Of a DNA stretch of 64,000 bases, positions 40,411 to 50,999 are shown piece after piece. Within the stretch, counting starts at the first letter, position 1; the number at the start of each line of letters is the position of its first letter. The stretch is from Myxococcota bacterium (GTDB lineage: Bacteria; Myxococcota_A; UBA796; SXON01). The position numbers were made by a program, and so were the translations under genes. The notes beneath the pieces were generated by a model, which was not told the DNA's origin, did no database searches, and was given only the letters and a program-made list of their open reading frames with translations. The stretch spans positions 59,191-123,190 of the forward strand of contig JAZKFH010000038.1 of the NCBI GenBank assembly GCA_040386535.1, written 5' to 3'.

Positions 40411-42336
40411 ATGCGCTCCCTCTCCCTGCTCGTCCTCTCCGGCTCCGGCCTCCTGCTCTCCGCCCTCGTGCTTCCCGGATGTGTCCTCGAATCCGGGCTG
40501 AACCCGAAGCGGACGGACGCGACGTTCGACACGGGGGAGACAGGGGATGTCCCCATCGACACCGACACCGAGCCCGATGACACGGACACCGACGAGACCG
40601 CCCCGCCGCCGGACTGTGACGACGAGGTGTTCCCGGCGGCCGCGGTCGCGCAGCTCGAGGAGTGCTTCTCCGAGGGCGTCGAGGTCGGCTCCTTCACGCC
40701 CGTCCTCGAGTGGACCAACACCGACCCCGGCGACACCTACACCACGCCCGTCGTCGGGCAGCTCACGGACGACAACGGCAACGGCCGCATCGACGACGGG
40801 GACACCCCCGACGTGGTCGTGGCGAACACCTCCGGCGTGCTCTGGGCCATCTCCGGTGACGGGACGACGCTCTGGAGCGCCGGCAACCTCGGCAGCGAGC
40901 CGATGACCGCGGCCATCGGCGACCTCGACGGGGACGGGTTTCCCGAGGTGGTCGGGTCGGGCTACAGCGGCACCATCGCGGTGCACGGCGAGAACGGCGC
41001 CACGGTGTGGAACGCGGGCGCGGCGAGCTCGCCGGCGTGTGGCGCGGTCGCCATCGCCGACCTCGACGCCGACGGCGCTCCCGAGGTCATCCTCGGCAAC
41101 CTCATCCTGAACGGGCAGACCGGAAGCACCCGCGGCACCGGCGCCTACGGCAAGGGCACCGGCTACTCGGGCGGCGGCGCGGCCACGATGGGCGCGGCGG
41201 CCGACATCAACCGCGACGGGTACCTCGAGGTCGTGGTCGGCAACGCGCTGTACGACGCCGACGGCAACACCATCTGGACCAACGGACTGCCGGACGGGTT
41301 CGTGGCCGTCGCCGACTTCGATGGCGATCCCGCCGGGGAGATCGTCGTGACCTGGAACGGCAACGTTCGCCTCCAGGACGACGACGGCAGCGTGATCTGG
41401 ACCGGCAACTACGTCGGCGGCACCAGCGGCCCGCCGACCGTGGCCGACTTCGACGGCGACGGCGAGCCCGAGATCGGCGTCGCCGGCAACGGCCAGTACA
41501 AGGTCATCGACGCGGACGGCACCACGCTCTGGTCCCGCCCCACGCAAGACTTCTCCAGCGGGTTCACCGGCTCCTCGGTGTTCGACTTCGAGGGCGACGG
41601 CATCGCCGAGGTCGTGTACGCCGACGAGAACGACGTTTTCGTGTTCGACGGCCCGACCGGCGCCATCAAGCTGCGGGAGCCCACCCACTCGTCCGCCACC
41701 TGCAGCGAGTACCCCGCGGTGGCCGATGTCGACGGGGACGGCCACGCCGAGATCATCTACACCTCCAGCGCCTACTCCGGCACCGAGCGGGGTGTTCGTG
41801 TCATCGGGGACGCCGACAACAGTTGGATGCGCGGCCGCAAGGTGTGGAACCAACACGCCTACAGCATCACCAACGTCGAGGACGACGCCACGATTCCCGT
41901 CGTCCCCGACGTGAATTGGGACAGCTACAACAACTTCCGCTCGGGTGACATCACCCCGGGCGAGGGCGGCTACAGCGGCCCCGACCTGTTCCCCTTCCTC
42001 CACGCGGTTTGCGCCGACGAGTGCGAGTCGGGCAACGTGACGGTCTGGTACTCCCTCGGAAACCAGGGCTTCAACGACGTCGAGGACGCCGTGCAGGTCG
42101 AGTTCTGGGGCGACACCGACGCCGGCCGCGTGTTGCTCGGGACCGTGAGCTGGACCGCCGACCTGGTCGCGGGCGTGCGCACCCCGTCCGAGTCGATCGA
42201 GTTCACCGGCGTCCCCTCGCCGCTCTACGATGTCATCGTCACCGTGGACGGCGGCGACGACACCGGCGCGGGCGTGGTCGACGAGTGCTACGAGGACAAC
42301 AACACGGCGAGCTGGGGCAGCGCCGTTTGTTTGTGA
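40411..42336 (+). CDS. FG-GAP/VCBS repeat lipoprotein with CARDB-like C-terminus
   Basis: Lipobox LPGC; DxDGDGxPE repeats; WNQHAYSITN; ECYEDNN. Confidence 0.85.
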   Translation: MRSLSLLVLSGSGLLLSALVLPGCVLESGLNPKRTDATFDTGETGDVPIDTDTEPDDTDTDETAPPPDCDDEVFPAAAVAQLEECFSEGVEVGSFTPVLEWTNTDPGDTYTTPVVGQLTDDNGNGRIDDGDTPDVVVANTSGVLWAISGDGTTLWSAGNLGSEPMTAAIGDLDGDGFPEVVGSGYSGTIAVHGENGATVWNAGAASSPACGAVAIADLDADGAPEVILGNLILNGQTGSTRGTGAYGKGTGYSGGGAATMGAAADINRDGYLEVVVGNALYDADGNTIWTNGLPDGFVAVADFDGDPAGEIVVTWNGNVRLQDDDGSVIWTGNYVGGTSGPPTVADFDGDGEPEIGVAGNGQYKVIDADGTTLWSRPTQDFSSGFTGSSVFDFEGDGIAEVVYADENDVFVFDGPTGAIKLREPTHSSATCSEYPAVADVDGDGHAEIIYTSSAYSGTERGVRVIGDADNSWMRGRKVWNQHAYSITNVEDDATIPVVPDVNWDSYNNFRSGDITPGEGGYSGPDLFPFLHAVCADECESGNVTVWYSLGNQGFNDVEDAVQVEFWGDTDAGRVLLGTVSWTADLVAGVRTPSESIEFTGVPSPLYDVIVTVDGGDDTGAGVVDECYEDNNTASWGSAVCL

Positions 42337-42392
42337 GGGCGGCCGCGCCGTAACGTCCGGGCCTCGGTGCCCGTGACGCTACGGTCGTGACG

Positions 42393-44177
42393 CTACGACC
42401 CTTCGACGATCGCCAGGAACGCGTCCAGGTCCCGCTTGACGGGACCGAGGGCGCTGGTCCACGTGTCGGGATCGCCGAGATCCACGCCCAGCTCGTCCTT
42501 CGCGATGGGCTCGGCCCACGCGTCCCCCGTGCGGCGGAGGAGCTGCTCGTAGCCCGGCGCGCCCGCGGCCCCGAGGGGGCGGAAGCGCTCGTACACCAGG
42601 TTCGAGAACAGGTATCCGAACGTGTACGGGAAGTTGTAGAACGACAGGGACGGGATGTAGAAGTGCGCCTTGCTGATCCAGTACGTGGGATCGACCTTGG
42701 CGACGGTGGGGCCATACCAACGCGAGAAGATCGCGACGGTCTCGGCCTCGAGCTCGTCGTGGTCGAGCGGGCCCTGGGCGCGGAGGCGGTAGAGCGCCTG
42801 CTCCAGCTCGAAGCGCGCGGGGATGTTGGACAGGAACGCGAGGCCGTCGGCCAGCGACGCGTCTAGCAGGCGGAGGCGGGCGCCCTGGTCGGTGACCTGG
42901 GCGAGCGCGGCCTCGCGCACGAGGAGCTCGGCGAAGGTGGACGCGGTCTCGGCGAGCGTCATCGGGACGCGGCGCTGGGCCGCGGGCACGTCGTGCAGGA
43001 CGTGGTTGTGGAAGGCGTGGCCGAGCTCGTGGGCGAGCGTGCTCACGCTGCGGGCGGAGGCGCCCCACGTCATGAAGATGCGGCTCTGGCGGGAGAGCGG
43101 CAGATCGGCGCAGAAGCCGCCGCCGCGCTTGCCGGGGCGATCCTCGACCTCGATCCAGCGGCCCGCGAGCGCGGTGCGCGCGAAGCCGGCGAGGTTGGGC
43201 GAGAACGCGTCGAACTGCTCCACGATGAAGCGCTGGGCGTCACCGTAGGCGACCTTGCCGCCGCTCGTGCCGATGTGCGCGAACGTGTCCGCCCACGAGA
43301 GCGTGGCCTGGCCCATGTACTTCGCCTTGGCGGCCAGGTAGCGCAGCATCAGCGGCTGGGCGCGGCGCGCCGCCTCGATCATCGCGTCGAGCGTGGCGCG
43401 CTCGACCTTGGCGTTGGCGCAGGGCTCGTCGAGCATGTGGAGCTTGCGACGATCGTTGAGCACCATGCGCGTGCCGGTGAGGTGGGTGAGCACCTTGGCG
43501 GCGCGGGGCGCGAGGGGGCGCCAGCCGGCTTCGAGGGCGACCTCGGCGCGGTCGCGCAGCGCCTTGTCGTCGCTGCCGAGGAGGGGCGCGAGCTGGCCGG
43601 CGGAGAGTTGCTCGACGCCGTTGCCACGGTCGAACGGGATGCGGAGCGCGCCCGCGTCCATATCGTAGAGCTCGCCCCAGCCGTACACGCCGTCCCGCGC
43701 GAGCTCGGCGGAGAGCGCCTCTTCCCGCTCGGGCAGCCGGAACCGCGCCAGACGGCGCTTCTCCCGCAGCATGCCCTCCATGTGGGCGAGCTCGGGGCGG
43801 GCGAGCAGCGCGGCGAACGCGGCATCCGAGCACGTGCTGATGCGCGCGTTCGGCACGACCCAGGCGCGGCCGTACCGGTTGGAGAGATCGTTCGCGAGGG
43901 TGTCCGCGCGCACGGCGGCCTTGCCCGACGCGTCCTCCGCGGCGGCGCACACCGCGTAGGTGCCGAGCTGCTCGAGGCGCTCGGTGATCGAGTGGAGCTC
44001 GAGCAGCGTGCCTGCGAGCGACTCCGCGTCGGGCTCGGCGGGCAGCGCGTCCGCGATGGCCGTCAGCGTGGCGAGGGCCGCGGCCAGCGCGTCCGCCTCA
44101 CGATTGAACGCGTCGCCTCCGGGGCCGCCGGAGAAGACAGAGGCAAGGTCCCAGGTCTCGGTGGGGGCGATGGACAT
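42393..44177 (-). CDS. M3 family oligoendopeptidase F-like
   Basis: WDL N-terminus, RPGKRGGGFC, TLAHELGHAFH, AETAS and FYNFPYTFG motifs. Confidence 0.92.
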   Translation of the reverse strand: MSIAPTETWDLASVFSGGPGGDAFNREADALAAALATLTAIADALPAEPDAESLAGTLLELHSITERLEQLGTYAVCAAAEDASGKAAVRADTLANDLSNRYGRAWVVPNARISTCSDAAFAALLARPELAHMEGMLREKRRLARFRLPEREEALSAELARDGVYGWGELYDMDAGALRIPFDRGNGVEQLSAGQLAPLLGSDDKALRDRAEVALEAGWRPLAPRAAKVLTHLTGTRMVLNDRRKLHMLDEPCANAKVERATLDAMIEAARRAQPLMLRYLAAKAKYMGQATLSWADTFAHIGTSGGKVAYGDAQRFIVEQFDAFSPNLAGFARTALAGRWIEVEDRPGKRGGGFCADLPLSRQSRIFMTWGASARSVSTLAHELGHAFHNHVLHDVPAAQRRVPMTLAETASTFAELLVREAALAQVTDQGARLRLLDASLADGLAFLSNIPARFELEQALYRLRAQGPLDHDELEAETVAIFSRWYGPTVAKVDPTYWISKAHFYIPSLSFYNFPYTFGYLFSNLVYERFRPLGAAGAPGYEQLLRRTGDAWAEPIAKDELGVDLGDPDTWTSALGPVKRDLDAFLAIVEGS

Positions 44178-44260
44178 CGGAGGCTCCTCGGGCAACGCGG
44201 ATCGGGGGTGCTGGCTGATAACCGGCTTGGAACGCGCCTGTCTGCTCTTCGAGAGCGCGG

Positions 44261-46156
44261 CTACTCTTCGAGGTACGTGTACCCCTCGAGGCCGGTCTGG
44301 TACGCCGTGATCATCTTCGCGGCCTCTTCCATCGTCATGCGGTTCTCCTTCAGCGCGCGCTCGGTGGCGCGGCGGACGAGACGCACGAGGTCGTTCTTGG
44401 TGTACTGGACGTACTTGAGCACGTCCGTCACGGTGTCGCCCTCGATGACGTGGTCGATGCGGTAGTTCCCGTCGGTGTCGAGCGACACGTGCACGGCGTT
44501 GGTGTCGCCGAACAGGTTGTGCAGGTCCCCGAGGATCTCCTGGTACGCGCCCACCAGGAAGATACCGAGGTAGTAGGCCTCCTTCCCGTTCAGCGGGTGG
44601 AGCTCGAGAACGTCCTTCACGTCGCGCAGGTCGATGAAGCGGTCGATCTTGCCGTCGGAGTCGCACGTGATGTCGGCGATGATCGCCTTGCGCGTGGGCT
44701 CCTCCTGGAGGCGGTGGATCGGCATGACCGGGAACAGCTGGTCGACCGCCCACGAGTCCGGCGCGGACTGGAACACGGAGAAGTTGCCGAAGTACGTGTC
44801 GGCCAGCGCCTTCTCGAGGCCCTCGAGCTCGTCCGGGACGTAGCTCTGGGCGCGCACGACGTTGAGGATCTTCTGGCAGATCTGCCAGAACAGGCGCTCG
44901 CCGCGGGCGCGCTGCGAGAGATCGAGCAGGCCGAGGTTGAACCGCGACAGCAGATCTTCCTTCGCGGTGATCGCGTCGTGATAGGCCTCCTGGTAGTTCT
45001 TGCGCGTGATGCCGTCGAGGATCTCCTTGAGCTCCTGGAGGATGTCGGGATCCTCCTCGGTGATCTGGGCGTCCTTCGTGTTGTTCATCTCGCTCACGCC
45101 GAGCACGTTGAACACGAGCACGGCGTGATGGGCGGCGGTGGCGCGGCCCGACTCGGTGATGATGTCGGGGTGCGGCACGTCGGCGCGGTCACACGCCTCG
45201 GCGATGGCGCTCACCACGTCGGCCGCGTACTCGTCGACCGTGTAGTTGACCGAGCTCTCGAAGTTGGTGCGGCTGCCGTCATAGTCGACGCCGAGCCCGC
45301 CACCGACGTCGAAGTACTTCATCGGCGCGCCGAGCTTGTGCAGCTCGGTGAAGATGCGGGAGGCCTCCTTCAGCGCGCTCTTGAAGCTGCGGATCGCGCT
45401 GACCTGCGAACCGATGTGGAAGTGCAACAGCTGCACGCAGTCGAGCATGTCGCGCTCGCGCAGGTAGTTGATGCCGTCGACCATCTCGCTGACGGTGAGG
45501 CCGAACTTGGCGCGATCGCCCGCGCTTCCTTCCCACTTGCCCGAGCCGCGCGACGCGAGCTTGGCCCGCATGCCGATGACCGGCCGCACGCCGACGCGCT
45601 GCGAGATCTCGAGGATGAGCGGGAACTCGGAGAACTTCTCGACCACGATGATCGGGTTCCGGCCGAGCTTCTTCGCCATGAGGGCGGTCTCGATGAACTC
45701 GGCGTCCTTGTAGCCGTTGCAGAGGATCAGGGCCTCCGGATCGTCGAGCACCGCGAGCACGATGAGCAGCTCGGGCTTGCTGCCCGCCTCGAGGCCCATG
45801 TGGAACGGCTCGGAGAACCGCACGAGGTCCTCGACGAGGTGCCGCTGCTGGTTGACCTTGATCGGGTACACCCCGCGATAACGCCCGGTGTAGTCGTAAT
45901 ACTTGATGGCGTTGTGGAACGACGTCGCGAGCGTGCGGATGCGCGACTTGAGGATGTCGGTGAACCGGACGAGGATCGGCAGGTTGATGCCGCGCTTCTC
46001 CAGGTCGTCGATCAGCACCTTCAGGTCGATCGCGTCGGACCGCGGGCCCGCGGGCGTGACCTCGATGTTGCCCGATTCGTTGATCCGGAAGAAGTCCCGT
46101 CCCCAATTCCGGATGTTGTACAGCTCGATGCTGTCCTGAATCGACCAACTCCGCAT
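44261..46156 (-). CDS. speA: Biosynthetic arginine decarboxylase
   Basis: YPIKVNQ, EAGSKPE, HFHIGSQ, TCDSDG and GAYQEILGDLHNLFGDT motifs. Confidence 0.96.
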   Translation of the reverse strand: MRSWSIQDSIELYNIRNWGRDFFRINESGNIEVTPAGPRSDAIDLKVLIDDLEKRGINLPILVRFTDILKSRIRTLATSFHNAIKYYDYTGRYRGVYPIKVNQQRHLVEDLVRFSEPFHMGLEAGSKPELLIVLAVLDDPEALILCNGYKDAEFIETALMAKKLGRNPIIVVEKFSEFPLILEISQRVGVRPVIGMRAKLASRGSGKWEGSAGDRAKFGLTVSEMVDGINYLRERDMLDCVQLLHFHIGSQVSAIRSFKSALKEASRIFTELHKLGAPMKYFDVGGGLGVDYDGSRTNFESSVNYTVDEYAADVVSAIAEACDRADVPHPDIITESGRATAAHHAVLVFNVLGVSEMNNTKDAQITEEDPDILQELKEILDGITRKNYQEAYHDAITAKEDLLSRFNLGLLDLSQRARGERLFWQICQKILNVVRAQSYVPDELEGLEKALADTYFGNFSVFQSAPDSWAVDQLFPVMPIHRLQEEPTRKAIIADITCDSDGKIDRFIDLRDVKDVLELHPLNGKEAYYLGIFLVGAYQEILGDLHNLFGDTNAVHVSLDTDGNYRIDHVIEGDTVTDVLKYVQYTKNDLVRLVRRATERALKENRMTMEEAAKMITAYQTGLEGYTYLEE

Positions 46157-46469
46157 GCCTGCTCCCGCGCGAGCGCGGCACCTAACACGTGGGGAAACGG
46201 ATCCTCGATCTATGCGAACCCGGCGGAAGAGGGGCGCAAGCGGAGTGCGGATGCACGGGTGCATGGTGGCCGGGCTACGGCCGCGCGTGAGCAGTGATCA
46301 GCCAGGGGTGGACGTGCCGCACGTGGCCGGTCGTGGGGTTCGCCGAGCTTGCCTGGGCGAGGTACGCCCCCGGAGCTCCCGCGGCTCGCCGACCCAGTGA
46401 AGCATCTTGGTCGGCGGCCGAGCGTCCCTCCACGCCACCCGAAGGTCGGCGCGGACCCGTCCGGTGAGC

Positions 46470-46505
46470 TTGTGGTGCTATCTTAGCAATGCTAAGATGA
46501 GTACG
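46470..46505 (+). promoter_or_regulatory. Promoter TTGTGG-N17-TAAGAT overlapped by the palindrome ATCTTAGCA-A-TGCTAAGAT (TetR operator copy 2)
   Basis: 19-bp core at 46480-46498 identical to 203-221; -10 box 6 nt before GTG. Confidence 0.8.
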
Positions 46506-47110
46506 TGAAGGAACCCCTGACCTCTCGCCCCCGCCCCAAGGCCCGTTACCACCACGGCAATCTCCACGAGGCGGCGCTGCGCCGTGGCCGCGAGCTCGTC
46601 GCTCTGTTCGGGCCCGACGCGCTCACCCTTCGTGGCCTCGCGCGCGACCTCGGCGTGACGGCCACGGCGCTGGTCTACCACTTCGGTTCACGGGCGGGGC
46701 TCCGCTCGGCGGTCGCGGCAGCGGTGCTCGCCGATCTCGAAAAGTCTGCCTTTACGGAGGCTATCGGCGCCGCACGCGCGTCTCCGGAGGTCGTCGGTTC
46801 CGCCTGGGTTGCCTACGCCGAGAAGAACCCCTTCCTCTATCGGCTCGCGTCCGGAGAAGGTTGGCGTGACCAGCCCCGGGTGCCGAACGGGGTCGACGCC
46901 GGTCCACTCAAGGTGCCCTCTCCCCGCCGCGTTCTCCAGAGCGCGTTCGCCCGTCGCACGCGCCGTCTCGGGCTCCCCGCGGGTGACCAGGCGCGCGCCG
47001 AGCTGTACTCGTTCAGCATCCACGGGTTGGCGCTGGCCCGGATGGACGGGGCCGGCCGGGACGCCGTCGCCCACGCCTTGGGTCAGCTGGCGCAAGCTCC
47101 CCCGGGCTAG
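46505..47110 (+). CDS. TetR/AcrR family regulator (copy 2)
   Basis: 201 aa, ungapped match to 228-833 with about 28 substitutions by manual count. Confidence 0.9.
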   Translation: MKEPLTSRPRPKARYHHGNLHEAALRRGRELVALFGPDALTLRGLARDLGVTATALVYHFGSRAGLRSAVAAAVLADLEKSAFTEAIGAARASPEVVGSAWVAYAEKNPFLYRLASGEGWRDQPRVPNGVDAGPLKVPSPRRVLQSAFARRTRRLGLPAGDQARAELYSFSIHGLALARMDGAGRDAVAHALGQLAQAPPG

Positions 47111-47354
47111 AACGTGCCCGCCCTACAGACAGCGCGTGCCCCACAGGCAGCGCGCGGGCGGGCCGCCGCGCGAGGGCGACCAGAGGGCGGCGTGGGCCGT
47201 GTCGATGTCGACGACCACCCTACCGACAGCCGGCCCACGCCGGTCCGGCCCGCGCGCAGCGGGCCGACCGAGCCGCTCGCGGCGAGCCCGGCGGACGCCC
47301 GACCCGGCGCCTCGCCGGGGCGCGCCCCGATCCGCACCCTGACTCCGAGCCGCG

Positions 47355-49205
47355 CTACTTCCGGCCTTCGCCCGCGTTCTTCGGCGGGGGGCGCTTCTCG
47401 CCCGCGAGCGGCGGCGGCACCGAGAAGACGATCGAGGGGGGCCGCGGGGCCTGGAGCGAGAGGGTGGGGCCGCCGAGGTGGAGCGCGCGCGGCCATTCGA
47501 ACGTGGTGATGGGGACCACGGCGACGCCGTCGGGGGCGGAGGGTTTCCACGCCGAGGCGTCCCACGCCTTGACGCGCTTGCCGGTCGCGACGGGCTTGCC
47601 GAAGAGCGTGGTGAACAGGGCATCGTAGACGTTCACGAGCGGGCGCAGCGTGAGCGGGAAGTACTCCTGGTTCACGACGTAGGTGCGGGCGCCGGCGTCG
47701 ATGAGCGCGGCCAGATCGGCCTCGCGGAAGGTGAACGTGGTCGCGAGCTCGGCGCGGTCGAGCCGCTGCAACTCGGTGAGGAAGCTGTTGGCGGCGACGT
47801 AGGTGTCCCACGCGTCGGGGCGCACGCGGTCGACCCACATCGCGTGGCCCGCCAGGAGCGTCTTGCCGTGCAGCAGCTGGTAGACGAGCGTGGTCTGCGC
47901 GCTTGCGACGCCGGGGGCCAAGGGGGGCTCGACGAGGACGGTGCCGGGGAGGTCGCGCAGCAGCGGGTAGAAGCTGTCGGAGAGGTCGGCCTTGGAGAAC
48001 TGCGCACGCCACGGCGCGCCCTGGACGGTGAGCTGCGCGGGCACGGAGAGCGCGAGCAGCGCGAGCAGCCAGGGGCGCCGTAGGATCAGCTGGGCGCCGA
48101 GCACCGCGAGGGTGACGAGCGCGAGGTTCATGACGATGACGTGGCGGTACGGCCACCAGAAGCGGCGCAAAGGGCCGGCCAGGCCGTAGATCCACTCGAA
48201 GGGGCCGTTCGGGATGAGCGCGCCGGCCATCAACGCCGCGAAGAGCAGCGCCACGGCCCAGAGCGACAGGACCACGCGCCGGCGCTCCTTGTCGAAGAGC
48301 GCCACGAACGCCAGGATCACCACCGTGAACGGCAGGGCACGCCCCGCGTGGCGGCCGCTGTTCACGAGGAAGGGGATGCCGGGCCAGGTGCTGTCGCCCA
48401 CGGCCTCGGGGTGGGGAAACACCTCCTCGCCGGTGCCGGGGATGGACGACCAGTACCGCAGGAACACCCACAACAGCGGCGCGACGAGGGCCAGGAACGT
48501 GACGGAGAACACGACGAGCGCGCGCAGATCGGGGCGCGACTCCTTGGGGGCGCCGACCACGTGCCCGAGGAGGAGCACGCCGCCGGCGAGCACGGCGAAC
48601 AGCCCGTAGTACCAGTAGAACAACGACGTGAGCGCCAGGAGCACGGCGGCGCCGACAGCGATGGGGAACGACGGCTTGCCCACGCGCGACGTGCGCAGAA
48701 GATGCAGCCACGCGGCCAGGAAGAACGCCATCCAGCAGAAGCTCACCTGCGAGAAGCGGCCGGCGCCGAGCTCGTGGATGGCGTAGAGCATGACCGCGCT
48801 GCTGGGCACCGCGGTGAGGCTGGCCGCGCGCGAGGCCCCGGCGCCGCGGGCGAGCGCGTACCCGGCGATTCCGTTGAGGGTGAGGATGGCGACGAGGTAG
48901 ATCGTCGCGCCCTTGGGCCAGCCCCAGAGCAGGTGGAACGGGAGGTAGGCGAAGCCCTCGCTGCCGTTGCCCGCGAGCCAGGGCGCATCCCCGACGGGCC
49001 AGTAGTAGCGGTCGTTGTGGAGGATCGAGCCGCCGTCGCGCACCTGCTCGGCCACCCACACCATCAGCCAGTGGTTGGACAGGCAATCCGGGTGGACGAA
49101 GTTGCACAAGATGGTGTCGGCGGGCATGGCGGCCGCCGGGTACGTGCCCGCGAACGCGCACACGAAGGCGAACGCGATGGCGGCGAGCGTCCAGGTGCGC
49201 GACAT
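47355..49205 (-). CDS. Polytopic membrane protein, GT-C-fold glycosyltransferase-like
   Basis: D..xxxW early loop, YYWPVG, WYYG, about 11 TM, soluble C-terminal domain. Confidence 0.6.
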   Translation of the reverse strand: MSRTWTLAAIAFAFVCAFAGTYPAAAMPADTILCNFVHPDCLSNHWLMVWVAEQVRDGGSILHNDRYYWPVGDAPWLAGNGSEGFAYLPFHLLWGWPKGATIYLVAILTLNGIAGYALARGAGASRAASLTAVPSSAVMLYAIHELGAGRFSQVSFCWMAFFLAAWLHLLRTSRVGKPSFPIAVGAAVLLALTSLFYWYYGLFAVLAGGVLLLGHVVGAPKESRPDLRALVVFSVTFLALVAPLLWVFLRYWSSIPGTGEEVFPHPEAVGDSTWPGIPFLVNSGRHAGRALPFTVVILAFVALFDKERRRVVLSLWAVALLFAALMAGALIPNGPFEWIYGLAGPLRRFWWPYRHVIVMNLALVTLAVLGAQLILRRPWLLALLALSVPAQLTVQGAPWRAQFSKADLSDSFYPLLRDLPGTVLVEPPLAPGVASAQTTLVYQLLHGKTLLAGHAMWVDRVRPDAWDTYVAANSFLTELQRLDRAELATTFTFREADLAALIDAGARTYVVNQEYFPLTLRPLVNVYDALFTTLFGKPVATGKRVKAWDASAWKPSAPDGVAVVPITTFEWPRALHLGGPTLSLQAPRPPSIVFSVPPPLAGEKRPPPKNAGEGRK

Positions 49206-49302
49206 GGGCGGGGTCTATCCGGTGGGGGCGGGCGCGGGCCGGTTACGCCACGGCGATGTCGAGCCCCGCCTGAGCGCTCCCGCCGTCGCGTCGATCGCGG
49301 GC

Positions 49303-50781
49303 GTGGTCCGCGAGCCGCTCGTCCGGGGCGCCGAGCTCGGGATCGGCGTCGTGATCGCGTGTGTGCTGGTCGGGCCCGCCGTGGTCGCGGGTGGGCTCGC
49401 GGGCTCGGCCGGCGCCGAGGTGTACGGCCACGCCTGGGTGCAGTCCTGGGCGGCCGCGGGGTGGCCGGGGTGGCCATCGGGCACGGCGCTCGCGTCGGGC
49501 ACCACGGCGTGGCCGGTGATCGACCCGCTTCCCACGTGGATCCTGGGTGGGCTGGCGCGTGGGATCGGGGCCACGGCCGCGTGGAACCTGTGGGCGTTCG
49601 TCGGCGTCGTGCTCGCCGCGGTGGGCGGGGGGGCGTTCGCGCGCGCGCTCGGTGGGTACGGGATCGTGGGGGCGGTGGGCGTCGCGACGATGCCGATCTT
49701 CCTCGGCTCGCTCACGAGCGGCCTCACCGAGGACTACGCGCTCGGCCTCGTGGCGCTGGCGCTCGCGGCGCTCCTGACCGGGCGGCGGCTGCTCGGCGCC
49801 GCGCTGCTCGGCGGGAGCGCGTGGTGCGGCCTGTACCTCGCGTGGTTGGGCGCGTGGCCGGCGCTCGCCATCGGCCTGCGGCACCTCCGCGATCGGCCGC
49901 TGCGCTGGATCCTGGCGGGGCTGCTCGCCATCGGCATCGCCGCGCCCGCCGCGGCCCCCTTCCGCGGCCGCCTCGGCGGCGAAGGCCATCGCGGCGGCAC
50001 CGTGCCCGCGCGCGCCGAGCCCTTGTGGGCACTCGACCCCTGGCGCGGCGCGGACCTCGCGTCCTTCGGTGCGCCCGGCAAGGTCGACGTGGGCGGCGCC
50101 TTCGTCCGCGAGCACCCCGTGTACCTCGGCTACACGACGCTGGCGCTGGCGGCCGCGGGCGGCTTCCACCCCGCGTGGCTGGGCGTGCTCGCGTGCGCGG
50201 CCGTGGCCCCGGGCGAGCACCTGTCCTGGGCGGGCCAGCCCCTCGGCGTCGACAACCCCGCGCTCGCCGCGTTCCGCGTCCTGCCGTTCGCGGCGCGGTT
50301 CAACCACCACGCGCGCGTGATGTTGCTCGGCCAGCTGCTGCTCGTGGGGCTTGCGGCGCGGGGGGCGCGGCGGCTGGGGGACCGGTTCGGGGGCGGGTTC
50401 GGGGTTGGAGGGGCGGTCGCGCCGGTCGGGATCGCGCTGGTGCTCTTCGCCGAGACGGCCGTCGTCTCGCCGGCGCGTGTGCCGCTGCCGGTGGCGCTGG
50501 ACGCGAGCCCTGCGATCTACGCGGCGCTGACAGCGTTCCCGAAGGACCTGCCCGTGGCGGTGGTGGGCGCGTCGGGCCCCGGCATCCACCCGCAGAAGGT
50601 GTTCTTCGACCAGCGCGCGCACGGCCGGCGCCTGCTCCACAACCCCAACAAGCCGATGGACGGGCGGCCCGGCCCCGGCGTGATCGTGGTGGCGCTCGGG
50701 CCCGCCGTGGCGCGGGTCACGGCGGAGCGGGGGGCGCCGGATGTGGTGGCGGTAGACGGGGCGGCGTGGGGGGTGGAGTAG
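49303..50781 (+). CDS. Polytopic membrane protein, GT-C-like (start uncertain)
   Basis: EVYGHAW, WPxG, GLTED, VYLG and QRAHGR motifs; many TM. Confidence 0.55.
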   Translation: MVREPLVRGAELGIGVVIACVLVGPAVVAGGLAGSAGAEVYGHAWVQSWAAAGWPGWPSGTALASGTTAWPVIDPLPTWILGGLARGIGATAAWNLWAFVGVVLAAVGGGAFARALGGYGIVGAVGVATMPIFLGSLTSGLTEDYALGLVALALAALLTGRRLLGAALLGGSAWCGLYLAWLGAWPALAIGLRHLRDRPLRWILAGLLAIGIAAPAAAPFRGRLGGEGHRGGTVPARAEPLWALDPWRGADLASFGAPGKVDVGGAFVREHPVYLGYTTLALAAAGGFHPAWLGVLACAAVAPGEHLSWAGQPLGVDNPALAAFRVLPFAARFNHHARVMLLGQLLLVGLAARGARRLGDRFGGGFGVGGAVAPVGIALVLFAETAVVSPARVPLPVALDASPAIYAALTAFPKDLPVAVVGASGPGIHPQKVFFDQRAHGRRLLHNPNKPMDGRPGPGVIVVALGPAVARVTAERGAPDVVAVDGAAWGVE

Positions 50782-50999
50782 GGGCTCCGTTGGCTCGAGA
50801 GCGGGCGGCCCGGCGCCGCGCTGGGGCGCGCCGAATGTCGCGCTCCGGGCCCCGCTCCCCGCGGAAACCCGCGCCGCACCGCGCTGGAACGGTTCTTGCT
50901 TTCGCGCACGCCATGCATGTTCTCCGGTTTGACTGGCCACAGTGGCGAGGGTCTGCCACGGCGGCTGACGACGGGCGCCGCCCTGCTCAGCGCCTCATC

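Noticed and set aside
42372..42398. 12-bp direct repeat CGTGACGCTACG as an attachment site
   Set aside because: Short, adjacent copies at a convergent gene junction with no integrase; likely a local duplication or terminator hairpin.
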